Assembly (NCBI GenBank): GCA_965644495.1 | Contig: CBFFSA010000014.1 | Coordinates: 248,001-312,000, forward strand | Source of the DNA: Perkinsela sp. CCAP 1560/9 | Taxonomy: Eukaryota > Protista > Euglenozoa: Kinetoplastea | Length of the DNA stretch: 64,000 nucleotides | Direction: 5' to 3' | Notes under the pieces: generated by a model | What the model was told of the DNA's origin: nothing | Databases searched by the model: none | The model's input: the letters and a program-made list of their open reading frames with translations, nothing else | Shown here: in pieces, positions 1-11,330 of the stretch | Numbering within the stretch: position 1 is the first letter of the stretch | Layout of the letters: the number at the start of each line of letters is the position of its first letter | Translations under genes and position numbers: made by a program

Positions 1-1251
1 CCGAGATTGGGCTCGGGTCGGACGTCCGTGCTCGTCTTTGGTCCCATGTAAAACTGCGGACCAGCGTCGCTGGAAAGTCCAGCGAGAGAGGCGGTAGGAG
101 GGACGGGTGGCACTCTGTTCCTCCCGGTCCCGCTCCATTGTGCGTAGTGTGTCCTCGAAATTCGGACCCACAGTGGACTGCAGCGCACGGCTGCGGGAGA
201 CGAACGCGGAGAGGCGCTGATCTTTTTGTTTCGCCTCCAGAGCGCGCTCGGCGGCGACCGGGTCCAGCGGCCACCTGCCCTCGGTGGGGAGCCCACCAAG
301 GATGTGCTTCGCTGTGGTATTGAGGTCTTCCGTGAGATCACGGCAGAACTCGGGCCACTCCCCAGGTGGAGTACCATCGTGAAGCTCCACGACGCGAATC
401 TGACTCAGGCGCTCCATGCGCCGGATCAGATTCCACTTGTAGGGATGGCGGCAGCCAGCGATAAGGGATTTCTCCCGTTTCGAGAGCGGGAAGGTCTCGG
501 TGCCATCCCGCTCCCTTCTTTTATTCTTGTGAGCCTCCCACGCCACACGACGTCGGTCTGGGGGAAGCCGGAGAAGTGAGGTGCGCAGGAGCTCGTCGTA
601 CTCGGTGAGCCCGATGGCACCATAGAGCACACGGTCCCGCAGCCGCCGTGGGAGGTTGCGTGCCCACAGGGGGAACACCTGCTCGTCCCCCAGCATGTAC
701 GCATCCAGCCGGTCCTCCGGGACCATCCCGGTCTCGGACTCTATCTTCTCCCGGTACTGTGCAATCTCCCGCTCGTCGCGCTCCGCTACCCGGAGTGAGG
801 CTTTGGCTTGCCTATAGGCCGCCCGGGTAGGGGGAGAGAGGGACTTGATGCGACGCTTTAAAGTGCGAATACGCTCATTTAGCAGTCGAGTGTGATGTCC
901 GCGAGGCAGGGAGGGTATACCCGTATTGGACTCCGCCATCACCCCTCCAAGATCCATATCGGTGGCGATCTCCTCCTCGGCACGGGTGGTGGGGGAGGCG
1001 CCGTGACGCAGGGCCTCGTAGGCGTCAGAGGAGACCTGGGCGGAGCGCAATCGCTGGGACATACGCTCCTGGTGGCGTTCTTTGTTTTGCTCCTGCACAC
1101 CGCGAAGATAATTCCCCGGGTTCTTGGATTTGTAGCCCTCAAGGTAGTCATGACGGGGGAAGGTTCGCGGCCGACTGGTGTAGTCGTGGATTTCCGTTCG
1201 CTGCGGGTAATAAATATGATGGCGTCGGAAATGCGAGACGCTGCGTCTCAT
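1..1251 (-). CDS. Long ORF running off the window start (>=417 aa, MRRSVSHFRRHHIYYPQR...); probable mitochondrion-targeted protein
   Basis: Manual scan finds no minus-strand stop in this frame from ATG 1251 to base 1. It is absent from the ORF track because its stop lies outside the window. Arg-rich MRRS N-terminus resembles kinetoplastid mitochondrial presequences. Confidence 0.75.
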   Translation of the reverse strand, partial: MRRSVSHFRRHHIYYPQRTEIHDYTSRPRTFPRHDYLEGYKSKNPGNYLRGVQEQNKERHQERMSQRLRSAQVSSDAYEALRHGASPTTRAEEEIATDMDLGGVMAESNTGIPSLPRGHHTRLLNERIRTLKRRIKSLSPPTRAAYRQAKASLRVAERDEREIAQYREKIESETGMVPEDRLDAYMLGDEQVFPLWARNLPRRLRDRVLYGAIGLTEYDELLRTSLLRLPPDRRRVAWEAHKNKRRERDGTETFPLSKREKSLIAGCRHPYKWNLIRRMERLSQIRVVELHDGTPPGEWPEFCRDLTEDLNTTAKHILGGLPTEGRWPLDPVAAERALEAKQKDQRLSAFVSRSRALQSTVGPNFEDTLRTMERDREEQSATRPSYRLSRWTFQRRWSAVLHGTKDEHGRPTRAQSR

Positions 1252-1618
1252 AAGGGTGACATTTTAGATAGGAACAAAGAGTGAGTTGATTTTCTATACA
1301 GTTCTGAAAGAAAATGATTGGGCGAAGCAAATAAAAACTAATATCAAAGTCAGCTAATAAGAGCTTGAAAGTACATTACTGGGTGATCCAAAAGAGTGCT
1401 ACACGTGAACGTTTAATATCATCATGGTTATTTACTATAATAGTATCATCATTTTCTATTCTACTCTAGAAGAATTACACTCGTGTCCTACTTTTCGATT
1501 AAAGGTAGTACTATTTCATTTATAAAATGATTGCCCAAAAATAAATCGAATAGAGTAAGTTATGTTGTATAAAGTGCCTTATCAGCACGAACACCTCTGG
1601 ATATTTCGGTTCCTTCAT

Positions 1619-4204
1619 TCACTGAGTCTTACAGAAACAACAAATGATCCTAAAGAAAAAATACAGTATTCGGTGTAAAAAGGATACCCCGGGACCATTC
1701 TCATGTCCCGGATCCTCTACTTCATCCTCCGGCTCCCTGTGCGTCCTTCGCACGGGAGTGACAAACTTTTGGGGTGGGATCCTCACTTTCTCTTGTTCCT
1801 CTCTAAAGGAACTTCCAAGCAGCGTGGAGGCCGTAGCCTTCTCCCTTGGGTGTGCTCGATCCGTCCCGGGGGTATCCGGTACCGAAACGGGCATCCGCTC
1901 CGGGGAAGCGAGCAGCGAGGGTCTGGAACTCTCCGAGAATTCTCCCGCCATGTGCTCCATCGGGTTTAAATTTCCAGAGGAGGTAAGAGTGCCTGAGGCA
2001 CTCCCCGAGAGCGGGCGGCGAGCGCTGGGTGCGTGCGGGGTGGTGGGGATCAACGAGTCCATGGGAAGGAAGAAAGGGCTATCGGCGGGGGACTCGCGCG
2101 GAAGTGAAGAGCCCAGTCGCCACCGTTGTGGGGTACTCGGCGCTAGACGTTCCGGGTGGCCTGGGACCACACTTTGTGAGGAGGAGAAGAACGTCGCATC
2201 GGTGATCTGATTCTCGCGCAGGTCGAGCATTTGTATCGAACCATGGGTGATACGCTGACGCTGCTGGAAGAGCTTGCCGTCCCCCGTTAACAAGTTATCG
2301 CTGAGATCCAGGTAGTCGAGTTTCGCGGGAAGTGGTGCCATGGCCTCGACACGACCCACAAGTTCGTTGCCTCTGAGGTCAGCGTGTTGTAGACGTGAAG
2401 GCAGCACGAGCGTCTCCTGAGAACCTCTGGAAGATGCAGCCGCACCCCTACCATAATCTCTTGTTCTCTTTTCCTGGCCAGAGACTCGTAATGAGGTTTC
2501 GGGTGAACGAAGGACACTATGCGATTTGACGCTTCGTTCCGAGACTCGACTTAGTTCTCCTTCGATGGACCCACTCATAAGATTGTCGCTAAGATCCAGA
2601 TAGACCAGTGTTTGCGGAAAAGTTACTTGAGATAAGACTCCACTTAACGCATTTTCACCCAAGTCTAACTCCACCAGCCGTTGAGGAAGAGGTAAGCAGC
2701 TCAGATCACCCTCAATCTCATTCTCATGTGCCACAATTGACTGCAGGCTTTGGGGTAACAGATGCATCCGCTCTACACTACCCAGTATAGCGTTGTCACT
2801 AAGATTCACATGTTGCAGATTCGGGGGAAAGCGTAATTTCTCCACATTTCCTTGAATACGGTTATGTGCTACAACGAGTGTCGTCAAAGCACGAGGAAGC
2901 ACGAGATCGTGTAGACTGCCACTCAATCGGTTATCACGTACATCCAGTCGAGTGAGTCCCAGGGGCAGGCGCGTACGCTCGATATTTCCTGCCATCTGAT
3001 TATAACTTAAGTCCAGCTCCTCTAGGGTGTCTGGTAAAGTGAGCGAAGGGAAGACACCATGAAATTGGTTTTCACTGAGTGCCAAAGTGGAAAGTCTTGG
3101 CGGAAGCTGCACAGCTGAAAAATTGTTGCAGGAAATTGTATTCTGACTGAGATCAAGAAAGGTCAAGTGGGAAGGGAATTTTGCTTCCTCGAGTTGTCCG
3201 CTCACTTGATTATTGCTTAAATCAACTTCAGCCAGTGAGGACGGAAAGATCAAATCATGGATACGACCCCACAAAGCATTGCCTCTGAGGTCTAAAAAGC
3301 GCAACGCTGGTGTCCTGGTGATGTAAAGGAACTGTAGATCACCCTCCATACCCGTGTCACTCAGATCAAGATACGTTAAACCAGGTGGAAGACGCAAGTC
3401 TTTGACTTCGCCATGTAGTGAGTTTGCGCCCAAGTCCAGCTCTAGAAGTTCACGAGGCAGACTAAGGCTACGGACGTCAACCGAAATCATGTTATCGCTA
3501 AGGTCAAGGAGCTTCAATGACTCTGGTAGAACGATCTTCGCTAAGTCACCATACAGCTCGTTCTGGTTTAGATTTAGTACCCGAAGATGAGGGGGCAAAT
3601 TTTTGCCCGAAATGGAGGATGCCAGCGTCCCACGTAATTCGCGAGCGGACCACACAATACTAGTCACACGGCGGGAAGGGCTGCGGGATTCTCCAGAAAA
3701 GAGAGACATTAGCTTTTGTGCCCCCGAAGTGTCGGCGACTACGCTACACTCTACGCCGCTCCAATCACATGGAGGGGTTTCCGCGATCCAGCTCGGGTGT
3801 GGATTCTCTATTCCACAAATAAGACTCTGAAGTGCCTCCAAGTCCTCGCGTTCATCCGGATTCAGCGATCGAACGGGAGGTTTCGATAATTTCGTGGATA
3901 AGGCTTCTGGTATTTTACCACGTCGTCGGTGATGCGATCTCGGACTCGGGGCGTGAGAAGAAGCTCGACTCACAGCTCCCGTAGATTTCACTACAGGGTT
4001 ATCCAATCTCAGTCGCGGATTCCTTAATTGATCTTTTTGCAAATTCCGCGAACGAGTCTGTTGGGAGATGTCAGTTCCACGCATGTGTGTGGGTGCCCCG
4101 CCTAAGAAAAGACACAAGTATGGGATGATGACATGAAGAATCCTGTAGGGTACGGAATAATCGCGATAGCAGCGGGTGAATTGATTACGACAAAGGCTGC
4201 TCAT
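1619..4204 (-). CDS. Large LRR protein (LRRNT cap, ~20 LRRs, low-complexity tail, hydrophobic C-terminus ending CCFCKTQ)
   Basis: NPHPSW..CDWSGVEC cap; repeated LxxLDLSxNxLxG; Cys cluster suggests acylation. True start may be the downstream MRGTD. Confidence 0.9.
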   Translation of the reverse strand: MSSLCRNQFTRCYRDYSVPYRILHVIIPYLCLFLGGAPTHMRGTDISQQTRSRNLQKDQLRNPRLRLDNPVVKSTGAVSRASSHAPSPRSHHRRRGKIPEALSTKLSKPPVRSLNPDEREDLEALQSLICGIENPHPSWIAETPPCDWSGVECSVVADTSGAQKLMSLFSGESRSPSRRVTSIVWSARELRGTLASSISGKNLPPHLRVLNLNQNELYGDLAKIVLPESLKLLDLSDNMISVDVRSLSLPRELLELDLGANSLHGEVKDLRLPPGLTYLDLSDTGMEGDLQFLYITRTPALRFLDLRGNALWGRIHDLIFPSSLAEVDLSNNQVSGQLEEAKFPSHLTFLDLSQNTISCNNFSAVQLPPRLSTLALSENQFHGVFPSLTLPDTLEELDLSYNQMAGNIERTRLPLGLTRLDVRDNRLSGSLHDLVLPRALTTLVVAHNRIQGNVEKLRFPPNLQHVNLSDNAILGSVERMHLLPQSLQSIVAHENEIEGDLSCLPLPQRLVELDLGENALSGVLSQVTFPQTLVYLDLSDNLMSGSIEGELSRVSERSVKSHSVLRSPETSLRVSGQEKRTRDYGRGAAASSRGSQETLVLPSRLQHADLRGNELVGRVEAMAPLPAKLDYLDLSDNLLTGDGKLFQQRQRITHGSIQMLDLRENQITDATFFSSSQSVVPGHPERLAPSTPQRWRLGSSLPRESPADSPFFLPMDSLIPTTPHAPSARRPLSGSASGTLTSSGNLNPMEHMAGEFSESSRPSLLASPERMPVSVPDTPGTDRAHPREKATASTLLGSSFREEQEKVRIPPQKFVTPVRRTHREPEDEVEDPGHENGPGVSFLHRILYFFFRIICCFCKTQ

Positions 4205-4576
4205 CCGACCTCCATAGTTAGCTGTGTAAAAAATAATAAAATTATAGAAAGAAATGTTTTAAAATAAAATACTGTATAAAATCCTTAGTGTAAGTAATGT
4301 GATGGTAGTCTTAATGTGATGGTTTTCGAACTGTTTCGCCTACTTTTACGGTCTTCAACCAGTTCAGCGCGTGAGAGAAAAGCTAAAACGATCATTGATA
4401 AAAAATTGAACAAAAAAAAAAAATGGCGCCGCTTCGCGTCGCCGTATTCGTTGATGCCGAAACTACTCTCGAAAACTTTCGAAACGAACCAGCTGATGAC
4501 TCACCTACAGCTAAGCCTCATGTTTATTAAATTACTGAAACGTGTTTTATCCTGACACTACGCGCGAGCATTTCCA

Positions 4577-5014
4577 TTATCCTGCTTCAAAAATTTGTAC
4601 TTTGAGTTCTATTTCTGTTCTCCGCGTTTCGACCTCCATGAAATCCTCCACACTCTTAGTTCCACGCTTTTCAAGAGTTCTAACCTTTCGTTTAGTCTTG
4701 CAGAGTTTGTTATGCAGCCTCTTGATAATTGCATCTTTGGCATTGACTTTTTGCTCCAAGGACTTCAATTGTTCGTCACTTGGACCTGAAATTAATTGTG
4801 GAACGGGTGCTTCCTTTTCAGGAGACAAAGAGCCAAGGCTAGTATCGTCATCAGCTCCACGCGATACATCGGAGTTAATACCCTTTATTTCCCCTACCGC
4901 TTCTAAAAGCTTTGCGTCTAACCCAGGGGACAATGTTCCTTGCGCTTCGGCACTATTTTTCCGGTGTTCTCTGTGATAATCTGAGTATGCCTGAAAAAAA
5001 TTGACTAAAAACAA
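4577..5014 (-). other. Coiled-coil ORF fragment in repeat-rich DNA, possibly TE-borne
   Basis: Non-ATG start, heptad-like segment, lies between repeat motifs. Confidence 0.3.
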
Positions 5015-5183
5015 GTCTCAAAGATCTTTGCATAATCTTAGATTATGCAAAAAGCAGGCGTATTACCCCCTGGTTAGCCTTATCAAATGTTTTTTTTCTG
5101 TTTCATTCTTTTCTTCCCAAAAAAATTATTTTGAGGAGAAAATCATGAACCTCGGAGGTACACACGAGGTGTCTAGAGGTCTA

Positions 5184-5518
5184 CTCCCCCTCTGATTAAT
5201 TTTGATAATGATAAATGATAAATGAGATTGGCTATTATTATCATTATCATTTATCAAAAAAAAAACGAGAACAGCTTTCGGGCGAAAATACCTCATTTCT
5301 AGGCGAAAAAGACAATTTTTTAGCCCAGATTTGGGGCATTTTGGGTGTTCAAATTGAAAAATTTGTGACTTCGCTGTTCTAGAGAACGCAATATATTGCA
5401 ACAAGGAAAAAATTTGATTATCATTTATCAAAAATAGAATCTTTTGATAAATCATTATCAAAATAATGGGAGATAAAATTTAAAAAGAAACTCATTCGTC
5501 AAAATTATCAGAGGGGGG
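5184..5518. mobile_element. TA-flanked MITE
   Basis: TA-CTCCCCCTCTGATTAATTTTGA ... TCAAAATTATCAGAGGGGGG-TA; internal GATAAT/ATTATC repeats. Confidence 0.75.
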
Positions 5519-5638
5519 TATAAGTCCTTTAGTCCTTTCAGATCATTCATCTGTAACAAATGAAACAGATACGTGAAGTACGTTATTTTTTTCCAGTTGT
5601 ATCGAATGCCAAAGGAAGATTAAGCCGAAGAAAGGTTA

Positions 5639-6768
5639 CTGTGACCCCCCCTTTAATACGGACAGATTTTTAGACTTTACCCGTATTAAAGGGGGGGGGG
5701 CACTAAAGATGAGAAAATGACCCTGTTTTTACGCTAAAAAATGCGACAAAAAAAAGTTTGGCGCCGCTTCGCGGTGCCTGTTTCTTTTGATGAAATTGGT
5801 TAAAGGGGGTGATCTGTAGGGGAAGTAAATTTTACGAGCACACCCCAGACTAAAGTGGACGAGGGAGATACTAAACCGCAGTCGGGTTTAACATTCCGGG
5901 GGAATGCTAAGTAGCTACAGGAAGGATAACTTTTTTTTGAGTTTGTAAATCATCTTCTTCAAAAAAAGGATGACATAAAAGTTAACATACCTGTAACAAG
6001 ATAACGTACCGGGGGGGGGGTATGTTATCCTATAACACCGCTTACAGGATAAGGACTGCGTACGGGATAAAGAGACGTTTCCTTCAGGAAGTAAAACGTT
6101 CAATTATTTGCGCGCGTCGCCTTTTTCCGATATACCGTAGATCCACCAGTAATAGACCCCTCATTAACAAGGATTTCGCTCGGGAGGGTGGCTCAAGGGG
6201 GGAGGGGGATTTGGGAGGGGTAAGGGTGGTTGCGCGGGAGCGAGTGTTCTTCTTTTACCCTGAATGGGGTACCCGGGCGGCTCCGATTTTTCATGCACTG
6301 ATAAGTGGTCCTATACTTTGCTTTGTATGCCAACGGAAGGCAGTATCATATTCCGGATTAAAAATCATGCTCTTATGCATGAGGCCACTACTTGTTCGAA
6401 AGGTCATGAGCCACGGGTACGTACTCTTAAGGAAGGGCATTGGTTATGCTCCGATAGAAAGTGCCGCGGTAAAATTTATTTTTTGGAACCTCTTCTTACG
6501 GCCGCACGTGGGCGCACCGGAAACCAGGTTTTTAAAGTCTTATACGGTATCACTTCTGTAGCCGGCTACAGATCTCAATGGTAAACGGACTTGGGGCCGA
6601 TCGCTCCGCTGACAAACATCCCTTTGAGTCGTGCTCTCGAACAATGAAAATCGAAGAAACGAAAAAATGAAAATCGAAACTTTTTCCAATTTCCTTCCAA
6701 AAAAATTCAAAAAATTCCGCATTAAAGGGGGGGATCAGGGGGGTCCGTATTAAAGGGGGGGGTCACAG
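5639..6768. mobile_element. TA-flanked TIR element (Tc1/mariner-type non-autonomous) carrying a degenerate Merlin-like Zn-ribbon fragment
   Basis: TA-CTGTGACCCCCCCTTTAATACGGAC ... GTCCGTATTAAAGGGGGGGGTCACAG-TA; internal 6264-6584 encodes CSKGH...WLCSDRKC; a solo left end occurs at ~41364-41390. Confidence 0.8.
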
Positions 6769-7530
6769 TAAGTGGCTTGGTTAGATTATCGTGGCCTGTA
6801 CTATAGTACAGTATGTAAAAAAGTATAGAAGTAAAAAAATGGTAATCACCTACTGTATTCGTATTTAAAATAATTTTACAAGGTGTACAAAGTCCATTCA
6901 CTCAGATCTACAGTGTCACAAGAATTCGCTCAAACGGACTTACTATACTAATTTTAGAGGGGGTGTCTTATCTTGTCGAGGGGTTTACATGTATGGAGAG
7001 TAGCGATATAAACGATAAAAACAATCCTCAAAAAAAATCGCACCGCTTCGCGGCGCGGTGTTCGTCATGCCTCAATATTGCGCTTAAGTAGCCGTGTCAA
7101 ACGGTTGCGCATAAGTGGGGGGACAGTAACTATCCGGAGTAACGAGTCACACGATTTCAGTTTTAGTATCTTTCCAATGAAAGGGAACCCAAAGAAGAAA
7201 TATGAAAACAAAGGAATTATCAGAACGGTCTTGAAACAGTTTGACTTCAAGGAAACGTTTTTCAATTGGAATTCAGAGAGCTGGGTTTGGATATCATCAT
7301 ATCAAATGAAGCTAACATAATTTTTAAGAAATTATTTATTATTTAGCAATTTATCTTTCACGATTTCAGAACATGAAAATAATTGAGGGAAAGCTACTGG
7401 GGTGTGCCGTTAACGCAGCTAGAAAAGTATTCAAAAATAATATTCTACTGTAGTTAGAAAACGGGGGAAGAAAACGTTCTGTCATAAGAATAAAGGAATT
7501 TGAACACTTGCTCCACTTTATTATCAATAT
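5825..7530 (+). repeat. Segmental duplication copy A (partner 46904-48615)
   Basis: Near-identical direct copy from GTAAATTTTACGAGC to TTATCAATAT. Confidence 0.95.
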
Positions 7531-8266
7531 TATTGCCTAAAAGCGGAACGTGAACAAGTTCGGGATCACCAAAAGATCTTCCGAGGCAGAGCTTTTCGCT
7601 TGCTGTCAAGGGCTCGTACTCAGAAATAAAATTTCTAAGTACGCGACGTGATATTATAGGATCATACGGCAACGTTTCGTGATCGCTTCGATGACGAATG
7701 CGATGCAAACAAATCTCTTTTACTGACTTATTGATAGGTTCCAGATCCCATTGTAAGAAAACGTTATGCAGATGTGCGGAACGAAAGTGGTCTTTTCCCT
7801 TAAAATGTATTTTACAAGGAGTCAAAGTCGAAAATATGTTTCTGAAAGTAGAATTCAAAAAGGAGAGTATACGCCATCTTATACAAGAATTGTGAAAGTT
7901 TTTGTCCAGAATAATACAAAACCATGGATTTTTATCCGGAGTATTCCCCACGCTGACTTTGTTAAATCTAGAAAAAGAAACAAAGGCATTTCTCACTTCC
8001 TTTTCGAAAATCTCTTTGATGCCAAAGCAAGTGTCTTGAGACAACACACAAAACCCCATGAGAGATGATAAAGAATCTTCGTTCTGAAATAACACGTCGT
8101 TTCCGGACAAAAAAGCGTTTGATTGACGTGACTCTGATTCGGTTGAAGATTTCGTCGTAGTTTTCATTATTCTTTTCACAATTTCACTTATTAAAGTTGT
8201 TTTTCCGCATCCAGGAATCCCAATTGGGAGAACGCAGAGCACTCGCGTAATTTTATTCAGTGACAT
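7454..8266 (-). CDS. P-loop kinase resembling the kinase domain of fungal-type tRNA ligase (Trl1)
   Basis: LPIGIPGCGKTT, SQD, ILDKNFHN...R, C..RI..R.DHETL motifs. Confidence 0.65.
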   Translation of the reverse strand: MSLNKITRVLCVLPIGIPGCGKTTLISEIVKRIMKTTTKSSTESESRQSNAFLSGNDVLFQNEDSLSSLMGFCVLSQDTCFGIKEIFEKEVRNAFVSFSRFNKVSVGNTPDKNPWFCIILDKNFHNSCIRWRILSFLNSTFRNIFSTLTPCKIHFKGKDHFRSAHLHNVFLQWDLEPINKSVKEICLHRIRHRSDHETLPYDPIISRRVLRNFISEYEPLTASEKLCLGRSFGDPELVHVPLLGNNIDNKVEQVFKFLYSYDRTFSSPVF

Positions 8267-9400
8267 GTATACTAGGTTCGCGTGTTGAAGTAAAATCTAT
8301 AATCTAAGAGGATTGTTTTGTTAATCTAAACGTTCTCATTTTCTTTGAGGGATGGATTTAAAATTCTTTGAGGTCTACGCCACGGTATCTAAAACGAATA
8401 ACAGAGCTTTATGACTGGAGTTTCTCTGAGCTCGATTTCCAATACAGTCAATCTCAGTATTTCCACAATTCTTATATTACTATACCCCCCCCCCTACTTA
8501 ATGGTCACTCTTCGCGTAACTCCATGGTTAAGAGGCGTCTGAAGCGGGACAGCAATGCTCTAAGCCGGAAAAGAGGGGGGGGGAATACAAGCATAGGCAG
8601 AGGTATGCACCGGAAGTTTGAAGTGCAATAGGGGTGATGCATTGCTGGAAGTTTTAATAAATTTGAAGGATTTTTTTTAAACCGTTATGATTTTCCTACT
8701 TCTTTTCCTAATTTTCCCACACCTTACCCACTTTTTCCCCCTTAACGATTTTCCGCTTAACCGTTTTCCCTTGCCTTTTTTCACAACTTCCTTCTTTCTT
8801 TTTACTTCCTTTACTTCCCTTTCTTTACCTCCCTTTGCTTTTCCTTTCCTTTCCGTTCCTTTACTTCCCTTCCCTTTCCTCACTCGACTTTCAAACTCAT
8901 TGGGGAGGTTGAGGACTCCCGGCGCTTTTACTAGGAGTCGGCCCAGGGAAAACTTTCCTCATGTGTTCTGGACCGGGTCTTTCGACCTCTCCCAGCTTGC
9001 CTTGGTAACCCTGCTCTTGTTGTACGAGAGGGCGCAAGAAATGGGCCTCCGCCGGCAGCGGAACATTCACAGAACCAGGTTGTGGCCGACGGGGAGGGGC
9101 AGGGTCCCCAGCCCAGGCACTACCTCACTTGGGGGTACCTAGTCGACGGGGGCTAGGTGTGAGTATAGGTCCTGCCGACTCGACCAACACCCGACGGGTT
9201 CAGGCTGGTGAATGGGGGGGGGCGAGAATCACGTAGTTCTCAAAGCTTTTTTTTGTCATCCCCCGAGCCCATTAGCGCACGCCCCTACGGTACCAGTTTT
9301 GTACCGCGGCATGCGCTATCTGGGCGTTCCCCTTTAAGGAATACTGTGTATGCGTTCATTTGTAAGATGTAAGCATGTACAAGTGGAGAAAAATCTAAAG

Positions 9401-9540
9401 TAAACCCCGCCCAGCGAAAAGTCAGCCCCCTCTAGCTTTTCAGCCACCCCAACTGTCCAGCCAGTGTCCTTTTGAGCTCATTTTTGTTGCATTTTGCAGA
9501 TCCTAACACAAAGACTTTGCGCGTTAAAGCATGGAACCAA
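9401..9540. mobile_element. End fragment of the Tc1-like family seen at 21306-22282
   Basis: TAAACCCCGCCCAGCGAAAAG and GAGCTCATTTTTGTTGCATTTTGCAGATC match 21304-21415. Confidence 0.6.
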
Positions 9541-9703
9541 AACTCTCGAATGAGTGCATCCGATAGACGGATTATCACATTCACACTTTCTTCACACTTT
9601 TCAATCGAACAATTTCTCACTTTTCAAGTAAGTAATGGCTGTATATTGTAATGGCTGTATACAACATTGGAGTTTTTTGCTTCCTGTATACTAATCGAAT
9701 GTG

Positions 9704-10045
9704 TTACTCGGCCCATTTAAAAAATGTACAATTCCCTGTTCCGCAAGTCAAGAATCTACGATTTTTATTAGGTGACGCTTTTGTTACTTCACGAAGCGAG
9801 GCAGCCTTCCCGCAAAAGCATTCATCCGGCTCTGTATTCAATTCTCTTTTCCAATGATTTGTTTTCTTTTGATAATTCGATGTTGTTGATGCTGCAGCGG
9901 CATTCAGAGGTACTTCGTCACTTGACGCAATATTTTCAAAGTTTAATAATGAGAACCACTTCGTCGAACACTGCGTTGCTCTTGAGGGGAGCCTGCTTTC
10001 TTCAAGATTATTGATCACACAAAAAAGAACGAGGAGGCTTAGCAT
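9704..10045 (-). CDS. Small protein or gene fragment with a GRF-type zinc finger
   Basis: CFCG...VTKASPNKNRRFLTCGTGNCTFFKW. Confidence 0.6.
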   Translation of the reverse strand: MLSLLVLFCVINNLEESRLPSRATQCSTKWFSLLNFENIASSDEVPLNAAAASTTSNYQKKTNHWKRELNTEPDECFCGKAASLREVTKASPNKNRRFLTCGTGNCTFFKWAE

Positions 10046-10334
10046 GGAAAATTAATAGTAAATAATATGGATGAATATTTTTTAGAGTGACAAGATAAAA
10101 CAGAACGCAATGGGTCCGTATTGTAAGTTCCGGGGCCGAGATAAATGCTTTGTCATAAAAACGAAACTGCAGAATGTGTACTTTAATTAGTAAGCTGCAT
10201 GATACCAGTTTACCACCATTGAAACTTGGCGGCGAAAACGATTTGGGCGTCGCCACGTTTTATGGCGATGCCAATAACCATTATATAGCACGGTGTAGGA
10301 AGCCGTGGGTGTCCGAGGTGCACCCTCCACACTA

Positions 10335-11291
10335 CCGTAGAAATGTCAGGGTCATAGTTCCGGGAACGACGAGTGTAGTAAAGGCTAATGGGAAGTGTTT
10401 CATCCTGCGTGCTGCTTCGAGAGTGTCATAGGCCTTGTGTTTAGTGGCCTCTGCCCAGGCAAGAGTAAGGAGTGACCAGGACAAGCAAACTGCATGATCC
10501 TTTGGAAATAATGCTTCATTGAAACAATAAGCGCAAATGCAACAAATGATGGTGGTTGTAAAACTGTTGTCCTTCCTTCAGAGAGTCGTCCACTTCAATA
10601 GATACAGACAGTGCTATCAGAAGGCGCGTCGCATGTGCTTTTGTAACAACGATAAATTGTTTTGCATGAATGACGCAATCTCGTCTTGTGGTGTTCCTCT
10701 TAGTTGCAGCTCTCCACGCTTTGTAACCAAGTACTTAAGACATAACTCCTCAAGTTGCGCGTACACAGAGTCTACGACAATTCCCACCTTACCATACGCG
10801 TCTAAAACTTTTAAGCATGACTCGGCGGAAAGAGTTTGTTTGCAGGAGGACCGATTTATCAGTTCGGGTACAATACATCTCCAAAAAACTTCTTCAGCAT
10901 AGTTGTACTCGGCTAGTAAAGCAATGCATGCTAAAGTGGAGCTCTCAATCCCTGCAGCATTTCGAATATGAGCTGCCACCATATCTAATAAATGACGGGA
11001 ACGCAATTTGTGGGATAACATGTTTGTTAAAAGTGTGGCATTAAAAGACATATGCGTACCTTTCTCACAGTGTATGCAATTCTTACCAACTTTATCGTGA
11101 GCAATGTAACTCTGACAAAGTTGGGAAAGCAACCTTTGATTTTCAGGCAGCACTGGAGACGTTGACTCCCAGTACAAGTATTTTAGTTGCAGTAAACTTG
11201 CGTGTATGTCTTCTGCATCGGCAAATCCAAGTGATAACGAACTTTGAACTCTGCCCAACAAGTTCGACAAAACAGGTTTCTGCATGCTCAC
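10335..11291 (-). pseudogene. Decayed helical-repeat protein gene
   Basis: 224-aa ORF with protein-like continuation in shifted frames (LLIALSVSIEV.. / DHAVCLSWSLLTLAWAEA..); its 5' end abuts a MITE. Confidence 0.35.
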
Positions 11292-11330
11292 CTCGTTAAG
11301 ACACTATGAAACAATATTTGGATCCTATTA

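Noticed and set aside
6022-6561. 179-aa and 217-aa (47101-47754) plus-strand ORFs
   Set aside because: They lie inside a duplicated TE and have no protein-like motif; their conservation reflects the recent duplication.
8900-9225. GC-rich segment with hairpins and an HDV-ribozyme-like GGTGAATGGG end
   Set aside because: Could not build the double pseudoknot, and the position of the catalytic C is T.
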